A stretch of DNA of 43,098 nt from a virus (IMGVR_UViG_2541047775_000007), one strand, 5' to 3'; shown: positions 18,594 through 28,857, numbered from the stretch's first letter. Translations and numbers: made by a program. Notes: generated by a model not told the origin, from the letters alone.

Positions 18594-19138
18594 TATAATC
18601 CTCCGGGTAATCTGGTTCCTGCTGCTGCCCCGATTGGCGCAGGGGTGCTTTGAGTAAACGGACTCCACGTCCCACCAAACATCTGGTACGCACCGTATGC
18701 CTTCAGAGGCGCAGTGAGCAATGTTGTTGCTGCTCCCACATTCCCCTGTTTACGGGCTGAACTGGCTTCTGCTTTATAGTTGGCAGCCTGAACCTGATAA
18801 CCGTAAGCCTCGCGTTGCGCGTTATTCACCGTCGTCAGAGAATCAAGAGCGCCAAACTGGGCAGTGTCGCCAAATATATCCAGCGCGTTACCTGTAGATA
18901 AATCAGCGCCGGTAGCCCCCATTGTCGCCGCCTGTGTACCAAGCCGCTGTCGGGTCTCTCTGCGTCGTTGCTCAGCTTCAGCGTTACCTCTGTTTATTGC
19001 ATCATTTGCCTGAGCTGTGGCTATATCTGCGTTCGCTTCTGCAACCTTCGAGGCATACTTTCCCTGTTGGTACTGGGTGTATGCCTGAATGCCACTCATG
19101 GCGAGCATTGCGCCACCAGCAATAACCGGATCGCACAT
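18593..19138 (-). CDS. internal virion protein (181 aa), T7 gp14-like position
   Basis: Gene order; Ala/Gly/Gln-rich. Confidence 0.45.
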   Translation of the reverse strand: MCDPVIAGGAMLAMSGIQAYTQYQQGKYASKVAEANADIATAQANDAINRGNAEAEQRRRETRQRLGTQAATMGATGADLSTGNALDIFGDTAQFGALDSLTTVNNAQREAYGYQVQAANYKAEASSARKQGNVGAATTLLTAPLKAYGAYQMFGGTWSPFTQSTPAPIGAAAGTRLPGGL

Positions 19139-19602
19139 TATTTTCTCTCCATGTGAAATCTGTGGAAATTAAGACCAAGAGCACCATAAGGCGCGGCTTC
19201 TTCAAGCCTGAACCCAAGCCAGTGCAGCCATGCTTTGGCAACATGGTTTCGCTCGTCGACGTAGTTTTCCAGGCGCGGATAAACTGCCAGCATCTGCTGC
19301 AATACAGGGCGGCAGTGGCGCAGAAATGTCTTCTGATATTTTTCAATACGGCTGGTTCCTACCAGCCAGGGCGTACCATTGCCACCGATCATTGACGCCG
19401 GAGATACACCAAACATGGTTACCAGTTCTCCGTTCGCGAACCCTGACCAGGCCATAGTCGCAGTGCGAAGACCAACGCGCAGCGCATCTTCGGTAGTCAT
19501 CAGCGATACCGCATACAGTTCGTCAATATCAGCCTGACGAACATCCGGCAAAATCATCTGAAGATGCTCTTCGGTAGCGGGAATAATTTGAACATCGATC
19601 AT
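19138..19602 (-). CDS. virion protein (154 aa), T7 gp13-like position
   Basis: Gene order; overlapping start/stop with neighbours. Confidence 0.45.
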   Translation of the reverse strand: MIDVQIIPATEEHLQMILPDVRQADIDELYAVSLMTTEDALRVGLRTATMAWSGFANGELVTMFGVSPASMIGGNGTPWLVGTSRIEKYQKTFLRHCRPVLQQMLAVYPRLENYVDERNHVAKAWLHWLGFRLEEAAPYGALGLNFHRFHMERK

Positions 19603-22073
19603 CAGAATCCCCCAACAGTAAGGCGAGGAATAACGGCAAGAACAGACAGCGGCAACGGGTCAAGCTGACGGATTTTTACACGCCCGTTTTTGCCCCAGTT
19701 ACTGTCCAGTTTCACTTCTACTTTTCCGGTAGCATCATCAACAGGATCATCGTAGAACTCGAATTCACGCTGTGGATATTCGTACCATTTACCGCCGGGC
19801 GTAGTCGCCCAGATGCCGCGACTGGCATTCACAACCAGAGTAACGGACGGGATCACCTGTTTTTTGTCCAGCAGCGTTTCCTGTCCGTTAATGTTGATAT
19901 CCAGTGTTTCGAATTCAGCAGTTATTGGCAGGCCGATGTGCACAACAGCCCCCGGTGATTCCAGCGTGACGGCACCTCCGGAAACCACTTTTTGTGGTTC
20001 CACGTTCGCATCAGAGAGGATGTTTACGGTCTGGCCTTCAAGATGAGACAAGCCGCCAAATGTCCGGCGCGCCATCTGCCAGTTCGTGGTGGCCACATTC
20101 CTGAGGGATGGCGGGACGTTCCTGTTAGCACGAACCACTACTGCGGTATTGCTGGTTACAGAAATAATGTCGCAACGTAATTCTTTTGACACTTCATCGC
20201 CAGTATCAGGATCAGCTCCGGTATAAGGGAACTGTAGTTGCGCACCAACATCACTACTGGTGAAGTACGCACCACCAGAAACACTGATTGTATATTCCGC
20301 GTGGTAATCCCATTCACCAGAACCACCAGTGATGGTCATCGTTCTGTCAGACGTATTTCTTCCATCATAGCTAAGGCCAGAATCAACAAAGAAAGCATCT
20401 TCATCGCTGGTAAATAAACGGCTGGACAGTCGCTCTATGTATCTCACTGTTTGCCCGTTAACGGTTCGGTTAACGACGAAATACACCGCATCTTCATTGC
20501 CTTCGCTGATACTGCATGTGCTTTCATATTTTCCGGTACTGGATTGTGGTGCCCATGCAAAAACCTGCTGATCACGCAAATAGGTCATCACCAGTAATTT
20601 ACCGTCATCACGAATGCAGAAGGCGCTGGAGTAAGGGACAATAGAGAAGCACCAGTCAACAATGCTGTGCTTCTGAAAAAGATGATTGGCAAGGATGGTC
20701 AGGTCGTTCCCCTGATAGCCGTCAACATCGAATGAGTAGGCCAGATCACGGACAACACTGCCTTTCTCCTGGACGAACAGAGCAATATTCGCCACGGCAA
20801 TTGGTGGGACGTTGCTTGAGCCATTTGATCCCTGAGAGCTGAATGCAAATGATGATGGGGTTAACACTTTGTTCTGGTCGCCGGTGATGACGTACTCACC
20901 TCCGGAAGTCAGCGCCACCAGCGAACCAACATCAATCAGGTGGCGGATCTCATTAACCTGACGCCCGGCATAGGTGTAGATAATTCTGTCGTCATCCTGC
21001 GTAGGATTGCTTTTGCCAAAATCCTTATAATCCCCGGTACGGCTGGCCCAGATAGTCTGAGGGAACGCAGTCGATGCGGCGAAGTAAAGACGTTGTTGAT
21101 AATAAACAACAGTGCCAGGATAACCATTAACACTGTTCCAGGCATATTTAGCCCATTTATAGCTGGCATTATCCTCGCCAACGACCTGCGAAGGGATATA
21201 GGAAATCACCTCGGCAGTTGCAGTAGTGCCGTTTACAGCAGTGATACGGGCAATGCCAAACCCACTGTGCAGATACTCCCACTCAATGCCAGTATCATCA
21301 TCACCGGATCCGCCCCAGCCATCCCATGATGTGCCTTCTGTATGCGAAGGGCGCAAAGTGCCTGTTTTGCCTGCTGTAACGGCGCGATAGTAATTACTGT
21401 CTGCACGGCGAATATCGCCAATCGACGTACTCTTACTGGTTTCCCATACCGGCACTGAATCCACTGCAGGCTGTTCCAGATAGAACAATTTGCCTACCTG
21501 CTCCGCGCCAAAAATAGAGGCGCTTGCCGTTAACGTAATTGTCCCGGTGCTGGCGCTGGCATAAACCGTCACTGACTCGTCAATATTGATATCTTCAAAT
21601 GGCCCGTTCTTCGTTACCACATCAACCAGTTGCCAGTTGTCATGCGCGTAGCGGCGCAACTCTTTCGGCGGGTATGCCGGGTGAACCAGCGTAAGCACGT
21701 CGGCGCTTTGCGTGAATTTAATTCGGAACAGATCGGCTTCAGTATATGGCGTGGCAATTTCATAAATAACATTGCTGCTGTTCAGCACCAACGCACCATC
21801 TTTGATAACGCGCATGTACTGGTGCCCGAACTCCAGAGCATAGGTCTGAACCGTCGAGAACTGGAACGGGATCAGGCGGCATTTCCGATTTGGGTATTTG
21901 GCGGCACCGACAAAACGCGTACCAGGTCGATTCTCAACGCCGCCATACTGCCGCACGATAAAGTTATCGCACTTGCGCAATGCCACCTGGTACTTCGCCA
22001 TGTCGATACGTCCGTACAACGACGGTCCAATCTCACCACCGGCAAAGCTGGGCTGGATCCAACTGATAGCCAT
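19602..22073 (-). CDS. tail tube/nozzle protein (823 aa), T7 gp12-like position
   Basis: Size and position after a 201-aa gene fit the tubular protein A/B pair of podoviruses; no motif-level confirmation. Confidence 0.45.
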   Translation of the reverse strand: MAISWIQPSFAGGEIGPSLYGRIDMAKYQVALRKCDNFIVRQYGGVENRPGTRFVGAAKYPNRKCRLIPFQFSTVQTYALEFGHQYMRVIKDGALVLNSSNVIYEIATPYTEADLFRIKFTQSADVLTLVHPAYPPKELRRYAHDNWQLVDVVTKNGPFEDINIDESVTVYASASTGTITLTASASIFGAEQVGKLFYLEQPAVDSVPVWETSKSTSIGDIRRADSNYYRAVTAGKTGTLRPSHTEGTSWDGWGGSGDDDTGIEWEYLHSGFGIARITAVNGTTATAEVISYIPSQVVGEDNASYKWAKYAWNSVNGYPGTVVYYQQRLYFAASTAFPQTIWASRTGDYKDFGKSNPTQDDDRIIYTYAGRQVNEIRHLIDVGSLVALTSGGEYVITGDQNKVLTPSSFAFSSQGSNGSSNVPPIAVANIALFVQEKGSVVRDLAYSFDVDGYQGNDLTILANHLFQKHSIVDWCFSIVPYSSAFCIRDDGKLLVMTYLRDQQVFAWAPQSSTGKYESTCSISEGNEDAVYFVVNRTVNGQTVRYIERLSSRLFTSDEDAFFVDSGLSYDGRNTSDRTMTITGGSGEWDYHAEYTISVSGGAYFTSSDVGAQLQFPYTGADPDTGDEVSKELRCDIISVTSNTAVVVRANRNVPPSLRNVATTNWQMARRTFGGLSHLEGQTVNILSDANVEPQKVVSGGAVTLESPGAVVHIGLPITAEFETLDININGQETLLDKKQVIPSVTLVVNASRGIWATTPGGKWYEYPQREFEFYDDPVDDATGKVEVKLDSNWGKNGRVKIRQLDPLPLSVLAVIPRLTVGGF

Positions 22074-22678
22074 CAGGACAACCTCGCAATGGTAAACTCG
22101 TCAACCGGTGGCTGTGGTTCCTGTGATTCATTCTGGCTATGCGAGCCAGCACTAAGAATCACGCGATTGTACATATTGAGGGCAAACGTACCGAGGTCTG
22201 CATTCCCAGTCAGCGCCATGTTAATAGCTGCCGCAAGACGCCAGGCCAACGCCTCCATAAAAATGGCATCAAACATGTTCACATCTGAAACGCGAGAGAC
22301 ATACTTGAGCCATGCCTGCGGCTGGTCTGTGTAGATCAACTTTCCTGTTCCGTTGGTGTCTGCACCAACTTCGTACTGAATGCGCATTGCTGCTGTTGGA
22401 TTGCGTACACCAGGAAGCATAATTTCAGTAATGCGCAGACAATCGGACGGGTACTGATACGCATATTCCCAGTCAGGCGGTGGATTGCTCGTATTTGCAA
22501 GCGCCACGCGTTTGGTAGCAAAGTTCCAGTCAAAATCAGAAAGCACAGCATCACGGCAGGCCTCAAAGTGCAGCGAACATTCCCCCGCTTCCTTGCTGGC
22601 TTCCGTCAGGCTGTTAATGCTGCGGCTGTTGCCAATATTGGACAGCGCACGATTGCAGATCTCTACTACAGAGGCCAT
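22073..22678 (-). CDS. tail tubular protein A / adaptor-like (201 aa)
   Basis: Size and position; weak resemblance to T7 gp11. Confidence 0.4.
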   Translation of the reverse strand: MASVVEICNRALSNIGNSRSINSLTEASKEAGECSLHFEACRDAVLSDFDWNFATKRVALANTSNPPPDWEYAYQYPSDCLRITEIMLPGVRNPTAAMRIQYEVGADTNGTGKLIYTDQPQAWLKYVSRVSDVNMFDAIFMEALAWRLAAAINMALTGNADLGTFALNMYNRVILSAGSHSQNESQEPQPPVDEFTIARLS

Positions 22679-23007
22679 TACTCACCCCCATTGCCGTACA
22701 GGGTTTCAGCCGCTGATTTTTCTACATCACCGGAAACAGGAGCGATTGCCATATCAGTGATCTGCAGATCGGCGCTGCGATTAACACCATCGTCAGTTTC
22801 TCTGGCATACAGGCCTCGAATAACAGCCTTTGCAGTTATCATCACTTCTGTTCCGACGCCCTGAGGTTGCGCCTTCAGCTTATTCAATGTGTCGTTATTA
22901 AGAGTGATGCACAGCCCCCACGGGTATTCATCGCGAGTTCTGGTTTCTCCGCTCTCATCCTGGTAGCTGTCAGTGCCGGTTTTGAGGTTTACGAGTTCCA
23001 TATACAC
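22678..23007 (-). CDS. hypothetical virion protein (109 aa)
   Basis: ORF in late operon; hairpin terminator/attenuator upstream at about 23018-23040. Confidence 0.45.
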   Translation of the reverse strand: MYMELVNLKTGTDSYQDESGETRTRDEYPWGLCITLNNDTLNKLKAQPQGVGTEVMITAKAVIRGLYARETDDGVNRSADLQITDMAIAPVSGDVEKSAAETLYGNGGE

Positions 23008-23051
23008 TCCTGCAATAAAGGGGCCGAAGCCCCTTGTCTGATCCGCGAGGC

Positions 23052-23396
23052 TTACACGCCCAGTTCTTTACGCTTATCTGCGATCTTCTCGCGGAGCGTT
23101 TCAGCTTTGGCGTTATGGTGTGGCTTCTCGTTAAAGAGCAATTCGTACTCTTCACGGAGCTTATCCAGTTCACCATCATCTGACACATCGTTGATGATTT
23201 TGGTGCTGGTTGCTGCCATTGACACCTTTACTGCAACTTTTGCTTTTGCCTGTCTGGCTGCATCGTTAACAGGTTCCAGTGCGCTACCAGGCTCACCTTC
23301 GTATTCGATTTCTGCCCCCTCCGGCCACAGTGTGTTATGGATATGAGAGAGGCGCAGAACGCGGTATCTTGGTTTCTCACCTGACATCGATATCAC
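23052..23396 (-). CDS. hypothetical head protein (114 aa)
   Basis: ORF in late operon between capsid-associated genes. Confidence 0.45.
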   Translation of the reverse strand: MISMSGEKPRYRVLRLSHIHNTLWPEGAEIEYEGEPGSALEPVNDAARQAKAKVAVKVSMAATSTKIINDVSDDGELDKLREEYELLFNEKPHHNAKAETLREKIADKRKELGV

Positions 23397-23397
23397 C

Positions 23398-23835
23398 TTA
23401 ACCAGTTACTTTTGAGCGGATCGGGTACGGCGTATTGGCATCAACATCCAGACTGATACCCGCAGTGAATTTGCCGGCCGTTAGTGGGCCAGTTGCGACG
23501 GAGTAGTTAACACGCAGATATCGCTGAACACCGGCTGGCACCTTTGCAGAAACAACTCGCTTACCTGCTGTCAGGGTGGCCTTTGCCAACGCACCACTAT
23601 CATAAATAGTGGTCCAAGAGCTGTTATTCTCACTCGTCTGCAACTGGATGTTTACAGTTGCCTCACCACTTGCCGTGGCGGCTTCGTTAACCAGCCCCCA
23701 AAACTCAAGCGGGTAACCCACACCGATATCGCGACGGTTTCCATCAATTGGACCGAGATCGATTACGTCAGTAGAAGCCGCGGTATCAGTTACCGCCTGT
23801 GCTTCGGAGAACATCAACAGTTTGTCGGTGATCAT
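23398..23835 (-). CDS. putative capsid decoration/accessory protein (145 aa)
   Basis: Immediately downstream of the major capsid gene; RBS ggagaaag. Confidence 0.4.
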   Translation of the reverse strand: MITDKLLMFSEAQAVTDTAASTDVIDLGPIDGNRRDIGVGYPLEFWGLVNEAATASGEATVNIQLQTSENNSSWTTIYDSGALAKATLTAGKRVVSAKVPAGVQRYLRVNYSVATGPLTAGKFTAGISLDVDANTPYPIRSKVTG

Positions 23836-23886
23836 CTTCTTTCTCCATTAGTGGGTCTGTTACGACCCACAGGTTAATAACAGGCG

Positions 23887-24879
23887 TTACACCACGCGGG
23901 CTTCTGTTTCCAGAAGCGCATCAGTTTCACGGATTGGTACACCACGGAATGACGTCCACCACTCGCCTTCAGTCTCTTTTACGCTAATCGCCAGAGATGT
24001 TTTCTCCAGAGACTGCAGATCAAGAGCCTGGCCTACAGTGCGGTTCATGTAGAACACCGGGCGACCCATGCCACGGTTTGGAATGCGATGCAGTGCTTTA
24101 ACCATCAACTTCGCAATATTTGCGGCAGAGGAAGGTTCTGAAAGATTGCTGACATCGATGTTTGCAATGCGAACAACATAACGCCAGTCACGCAGAGCAA
24201 GTCCGTTATCCCATTTGTAATGGGTGCGATAGCCTTCGTACTTGCCGCCATTAGCATCTTCCAGTGTCACCTGGCCTTTATCTTCCATCTGGATGCCAGC
24301 CTTCTGCCCTTTCGGGAAGATGCCATGCACGGTGTTTTCGCCCCACACTACTAACCAGATTGAGGTGTTATCTGTACCCGTGCCACCAGCATCAATGATG
24401 TTCTGAGCATTACCCGCAGACAGGCTGGAATAGCGGGAGGACAGTCCCATAAACTGCTGAGGGTTAACGCTGGAATCACCATAAAACAGTGTCTGCGCCA
24501 TCTGCTGATTCATCGCTTCAATAAATGCGCGGTCTTCAGACAGGCGGAATTCGGCGGTATTACCGTTCAGATCAGCCAGTGACTTATCGACTTCAGCATA
24601 GGTTTCCAGCATTCCAACGGAATCGGTGACCTGCACTGTGGTTGATTTGCTTGGCTGTACGCCATAGTTCAGCAAACGCCAGGTGGCTGAAGGTAAACCA
24701 GAACGAATGGTGGTTCGGTGTCCGGTAGGAAGGTTCCCTTCGACAAAAGGCATATCCTGAAGGATCGGGTTAGTTTGACCGAGAAGCTCGATAATCTTAT
24801 CGACTTTCCCGTTTGGATCGACGCGCTTACCCCAGTCAGCCAGCGTTAGCGCAGTTAAGCCTTTAACAGCCATTGTCAT
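23887..24879 (-). CDS. major capsid protein (330 aa)
   Basis: Size and position after the scaffold gene; resembles about 330-aa podovirus (epsilon15-like) coat proteins. Confidence 0.7.
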   Translation of the reverse strand: MTMAVKGLTALTLADWGKRVDPNGKVDKIIELLGQTNPILQDMPFVEGNLPTGHRTTIRSGLPSATWRLLNYGVQPSKSTTVQVTDSVGMLETYAEVDKSLADLNGNTAEFRLSEDRAFIEAMNQQMAQTLFYGDSSVNPQQFMGLSSRYSSLSAGNAQNIIDAGGTGTDNTSIWLVVWGENTVHGIFPKGQKAGIQMEDKGQVTLEDANGGKYEGYRTHYKWDNGLALRDWRYVVRIANIDVSNLSEPSSAANIAKLMVKALHRIPNRGMGRPVFYMNRTVGQALDLQSLEKTSLAISVKETEGEWWTSFRGVPIRETDALLETEARVV

Positions 24880-24887
24880 TTCCTCTC

Positions 24888-25589
24888 TTATTTGCCATAG
24901 AGCACTTCGGCCGCACTACGCTGGCCTTCATTACCACCGGTGACCATGCCATCTTCAGACATCGCCTTTCCGATTTTCACGAACGTTTTGACCAGATCAG
25001 GGTGATTACCCAGTCCGGTGGTGTTCAGATATTCTTTGAGTTCAGGTGTCCCGAACTGGTCAAGCGCACGCTGTGCGGCGCTAAGGTTAGAAATCAACTT
25101 GTCGCCACCGATTTCTTTGTCAGCTTTTACATCCGCAGCCCACTGCTCGGTTGTTTTCTGCCAGGCTTCTGCCTGGCGCTGCTGAACACCTGCCAGAATC
25201 TTCGGATAAGCATCAACCAGCTTTTGCGCTTGCTCGTTGGTCAGGTTTAGTTCTCGCGCCACCGGCTCGAATTCCTTCAACGCTTCTGTATCCAGCTCTA
25301 CGCCTTCGGCAGCCTGAAACTCGTACTTCTCAGGCGCACCCTCTGGTTTATCGCCGCCCTTTTTTTCATCCTGCTTATCGTTTTCAGGCTTTTTGTCATC
25401 AGCAGGTTTATCGCCATCAGCAACAGGTTGTGGCTTATCACCTTCCGGTTGTGATGGATCACCAACTGGAGCAGGGTTATCACCTGCAGGCGCTGACGGT
25501 TCTGACGCAGCCGGAGCTGCTCCACCATCGACTGGTTGCTCATTGCAAAGACGGCGATACAGCAAACGCTCAAATAAATTCATGATCAC
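24888..25589 (-). CDS. scaffolding protein (acidic, low-complexity Pro/Asp/Lys-rich N-half)
   Basis: Position between portal and capsid; composition typical of scaffold proteins. Confidence 0.6.
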   Translation of the reverse strand: MIMNLFERLLYRRLCNEQPVDGGAAPAASEPSAPAGDNPAPVGDPSQPEGDKPQPVADGDKPADDKKPENDKQDEKKGGDKPEGAPEKYEFQAAEGVELDTEALKEFEPVARELNLTNEQAQKLVDAYPKILAGVQQRQAEAWQKTTEQWAADVKADKEIGGDKLISNLSAAQRALDQFGTPELKEYLNTTGLGNHPDLVKTFVKIGKAMSEDGMVTGGNEGQRSAAEVLYGK

Positions 25590-25882
25590 TCCTGTTCACT
25601 GGCCTCTTTGGCCATCTTCAAATACTGTTCAGGGCAATGCGCCATAACGCGCTGAAACAGTTCCAGCGCCAGATTGCGTTGCCCCTCATTAAATGCCATT
25701 GCCATAGAGTCCATCGGTGAGATAGCGGAAAACACACGGCCTTTCTCCAGCACCGACCAGACAACGCGACGCCCCTGTTCACTGCTCATGACAAAGCGAA
25801 TGTCATCAATTTCACGCTGTGCCATGTCACATTGCTTACGGGCGTTTTCTTCTTTCAGTTGATCATCTTCGTAATCTGTCAT
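25586..25882 (-). CDS. hypothetical head-assembly protein (98 aa)
   Basis: ORF overlapping portal stop and scaffold start. Confidence 0.45.
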   Translation of the reverse strand: MTDYEDDQLKEENARKQCDMAQREIDDIRFVMSSEQGRRVVWSVLEKGRVFSAISPMDSMAMAFNEGQRNLALELFQRVMAHCPEQYLKMAKEASEQE

Positions 25883-27558
25883 TGTGATTGCCCACCCTGA
25901 CCACTAACTGCATTCGCCATAGCTGACAAAACACTCGGATCCGAAGTTTTAGCTTCGCTTAGCGTCTTGGCACCCTGTGCCGCCGCCATCCCCATCGCCA
26001 TCATTTGTTGCTGCTGTTGTTGCTGTGCCCGTTGCTGGCGAGCCTGCTCAACCTGTTCCTGCGGAACAATGACGGTTGGAGACACTCCAGACATATCAGC
26101 GAATGCATCGATCGCCTGATCAACGTTGAGTTTGTCGAGAGCTTCTGGTTTCGCTTGCGCAAGTTGACCAATGAAGTTAACCGTGGATGCCAGACTGGAC
26201 AGGCCGATAGACTTCTGCGCCTGAGCCATGACGGAAATGTATTCGACCTTCAGGGGCATGCCTTCCATCGCGTCAGGCGGTGGCGGCAACATGTTTTTAC
26301 GCACCATCATCGAGAAAGCGCGGTCAATGAGAGGATTAAGACATTCGTCGTTCAGACGCTCCAGAACCGGCCCCAACATCAGAAGTTTTTCTTCTTTCAT
26401 TTCGATCACCGCTTCAACAGGCATCGAGCGGGTATTGATGTTCTGCAACATCATGAACAGATCGACAAAGTAGGCGCTGTTAATGATTTGACGAGTGTCC
26501 TGAATGTCTGCCACCAAATCTGCTGTACTGGGGTTAACCAGATAAGCAGGCCTGAAGCCATCCTGACCAGTAATCTGATCGATATACGTGATGTCGCCAG
26601 GAAGAAGGGAGGCGCGCTGATTCTTGAGGGAAGTCGGAGCAACCATCGGAGGATTGGTGGCTTTATCAATCAACTGCGACTTGCGCTTCTGGAGAAGCTG
26701 CAATGCCTTAACAGGTCCAAGCGCCAGCATACCCGGGCATGATGATCCATAAACATCTTCGCCGTTAACTTCCCAGCGCGGAGCCATAATTGGAAACTCA
26801 TCGAATCCGGACTCACGCAACAACTTGTCGTTATCGCCACCAACCTCGTAATAAACCGATTTGAATGGCTTGTTCTTGCTATCCAGCTTCGATGTATCGC
26901 GGTCAATGTTCGGGTAAACCGAATGCATCACTTCAATCCACTTCTCGTAGGTGCCGCTTTCCCACATGCTTTTTACGGATTCGCTGACGTTATTTAGTCC
27001 GAATTCCTGAACAAGCTGACGAACAGTCATAGAGAACTTGCGAAAACAGGTGTCCACACTGCCACGAGGTGAGTTAGCCAGGTAGTAACTTCCTATCGGG
27101 AATGGCATTGTACGAATGATGTCCTCGTCATCCTCCAGCACCGCCATTGCACCGGTGCTGTATGTGCCGAGGCTTCCGTATAACTGCGGCAGCGACTGAT
27201 AGAGATTCGACTTATTGAACATATCGTTCATGCGGTTCTGCACTGCCTCAAGCCACAACTTAACAGGGCCATAATCCATCATTTCAGGATCTGGCGTAGC
27301 CAGGCGAAACCACGGACGCGCGGGGCTTGTGATGCCCGACATCATGCCGCTGGCGAGAGTGCGCGCCGCCATAGTCCCAGTCGAATCAATAATGCGTGTA
27401 TTGCGTCGATCGTTACGGTTGACCTCAGAAGTCAGAAAGCGGGAACCACGCGGGTTGATGTAATCACTCAACTCGCGCCAGTGCGGCTCGAACGACTGAC
27501 GCTCGCTTTCAAGTTGTGCGAACTGTTTGTTCAATCGCTCTTTAGTTGTTTCCGCCAT
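25879..27558 (-). CDS. portal protein (559 aa)
   Basis: Size, position after the terminase genes, Gln/Ala-rich C-terminus typical of podovirus portals; RBS ggag. Confidence 0.8.
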   Translation of the reverse strand: MAETTKERLNKQFAQLESERQSFEPHWRELSDYINPRGSRFLTSEVNRNDRRNTRIIDSTGTMAARTLASGMMSGITSPARPWFRLATPDPEMMDYGPVKLWLEAVQNRMNDMFNKSNLYQSLPQLYGSLGTYSTGAMAVLEDDEDIIRTMPFPIGSYYLANSPRGSVDTCFRKFSMTVRQLVQEFGLNNVSESVKSMWESGTYEKWIEVMHSVYPNIDRDTSKLDSKNKPFKSVYYEVGGDNDKLLRESGFDEFPIMAPRWEVNGEDVYGSSCPGMLALGPVKALQLLQKRKSQLIDKATNPPMVAPTSLKNQRASLLPGDITYIDQITGQDGFRPAYLVNPSTADLVADIQDTRQIINSAYFVDLFMMLQNINTRSMPVEAVIEMKEEKLLMLGPVLERLNDECLNPLIDRAFSMMVRKNMLPPPPDAMEGMPLKVEYISVMAQAQKSIGLSSLASTVNFIGQLAQAKPEALDKLNVDQAIDAFADMSGVSPTVIVPQEQVEQARQQRAQQQQQQQMMAMGMAAAQGAKTLSEAKTSDPSVLSAMANAVSGQGGQSQ

Positions 27559-27572
27559 TTCAATGACTCCGG

Positions 27573-27779
27573 TTACTGACCAAGCAGCGTTTTACCGCTG
27601 GTATTAGCGGTTGATGTGTCGCCCTGAGAACCGGTAAGCAGCGTAGAACTACGACCAGCAGCAACGCGACGGCGACGAGTTTCTTCGTCGCGGGCATCAA
27701 CAACGGCGGCATCCTGCTCCTGTGGTGCTGCCTGAACTTCTGGTGTTGCAGGCACTGATGGTGAGCTACCCATGCACAT
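27573..27779 (-). CDS. small hydrophilic protein (68 aa) upstream of portal
   Basis: RBS context ggagtcattgatATG is nearly identical to the portal RBS context ggagtcattgaaATG. Confidence 0.45.
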   Translation of the reverse strand: MCMGSSPSVPATPEVQAAPQEQDAAVVDARDEETRRRRVAAGRSSTLLTGSQGDTSTANTSGKTLLGQ

Positions 27780-27847
27780 ATCAATGACTCCGTACGCAAT
27801 TAAATTATTACCAATTTAACCACATATGATTTATTTATCGTAGATAG

Positions 27848-27884
27848 TTGACATTTAACGCACAAATTATTACCTTTAAGGTAA
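27848..27884 (+). promoter_or_regulatory. promoter-like TTGACA (27848-27853) with operator TTACCTTTAAGGTAA (27870-27884)
   Basis: Consensus -35 hexamer followed by a motif A palindrome, pointing toward the tRNA island. Confidence 0.5.
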
Positions 27885-28206
27885 CCAAAGAGTTCATTCC
27901 GGTTACTAACCTGACTGGCTTGTCGTTAAATTGAACAGGTGGAGTGAGCTTTTATTTTGAGCAGTACGGCGTATGGCACATGCGCCGATAGCGGTCTGGA
28001 TACGTTTAAGGGGCACCCTCCCTTGCTCGGGCAAACGAACCAGGTAGCCGGAATGTGCAAGTCGAGCGGTTTTATTCCGCGCACGGGGATTCACCATCCC
28101 GGCGATTCGGTGTGACGCCTCGGAAGAGACGAGGGTACAACGATGAGAGCATTTATGGAGCCGCGACAAAGTGTGGCGCCTTAACAGGCTAAGTGCTCTC
28201 AGCGTT

Positions 28207-28283
28207 GTGGCATTAGCTCAGTTGGACAGAGCAACCGCCTTCTAAGCGGTTGGTCGCAGGTTCGAATCCTGCATGCCACGCCA
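28207..28283 (+). tRNA. tRNA-Arg (anticodon TCT), phage-encoded
   Basis: Manual cloverleaf: acceptor gtggcat/atgccac, D-arm gctc...gagc, anticodon stem accgc/gcggt with loop CTTCTAA, T-arm gcagg-ttcgaat-cctgc, discriminator G plus encoded CCA. Confidence 0.85.
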
Positions 28284-28326
28284 GAATCACGCCTAAGGAC
28301 CGTGATGCCAGAAGTTCCAGGGGCTT

Positions 28327-28369
28327 GGCGGTGATGGTTTCCCTTGAATGACTATCACCGCCCTTTTTA
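28327..28369 (+). terminator. intrinsic terminator after the tRNA (ggcggtgat...atcaccgcc plus T5)
   Basis: 9-bp stem with large loop followed by CTTTTT. Confidence 0.55.
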
Positions 28370-28446
28370 CAGCAGGACGCCATTGCGATGACTTCATGCT
28401 GTAAACCAGTACAGCCACGGAAGGCATAACTCATTGCTTCCAGTTC

Positions 28447-28470
28447 GCCCGGTTCGCCGGGCATTTTTTT
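28447..28470 (+). terminator. hairpin plus T7 immediately upstream of the 28482 RBS (attenuator-like)
   Basis: gcccgg-ttcg-ccgggc followed by TTTTTTT, 11 bp before aaggtgag RBS. Confidence 0.5.
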
Positions 28471-28481
28471 AAGGTGAGATT

Positions 28482-28853
28482 ATGAACGACCAGCAAATCG
28501 AAAAAGAAATCGTTGAGAAAGGCAAAACTGCTCCGCGCGTTACGCCAGACCATATCGAAAGCATTATTGCTCAGGAGGCATATTTCACAGCAGAGGATGG
28601 TGCCTTTGGCAAAGCCATAAAAGCGAAACATACTGGCGGAGAGGTAAACTACCAGCCGCACGAATCACTTTCTCTGCTGACGTTCTGCGTCCTGGTGCTG
28701 CGCAACGGCTTCACCGTCACCGGAGAGAGCGCCTGTGCAAGCCCGGAAAACTTTGATGCAGAAATTGGTCGGAAGATTGCCCGGCAGAATGCTGTAAACA
28801 AAATCTGGATGCTTGAAGGTTACTTGCTGAAGCAGAAGTTAAGCGAGCAATAA
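28482..28853 (+). CDS. conserved phage protein, possibly Gp49-like family (123 aa)
   Basis: RBS aaggtgag; motif LRNGFTVTGESACASPENFDAEIGRKIARQNA recalled as the N4 gp49 / Sf6 gp66-like family (from memory, not verified). Confidence 0.5.
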   Translation: MNDQQIEKEIVEKGKTAPRVTPDHIESIIAQEAYFTAEDGAFGKAIKAKHTGGEVNYQPHESLSLLTFCVLVLRNGFTVTGESACASPENFDAEIGRKIARQNAVNKIWMLEGYLLKQKLSEQ

Positions 28854-28857
28854 CACC

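Noticed and set aside
27560-27799. 79-aa ORF overlapping the 27573..27779 ORF
   Set aside because: Alternative frame; the 27573..27779 frame shares the portal RBS context and has protein-like hydrophilic composition.
28045-28062. Short stretch tgtgcaagtcgagcgg resembling the 5' region of 16S rRNA
   Set aside because: Only about 17 nt of similarity with no flanking rRNA-like sequence; most likely coincidence within the structured leader.
27906-28169. 87-aa minus-strand ORF in the tRNA-island leader
   Set aside because: No RBS, Arg/Ser-rich junk-like composition, antisense to a hairpin-rich non-coding region.
28399-28414. CTGTAAACCAGTACAG as a second LexA box
   Set aside because: Core matches CTGT-N8-ACAG but the spacer is not AT-rich and flanking TA dinucleotides are absent; kept as a low-confidence note inside the tRNA-island finding rather than a feature.
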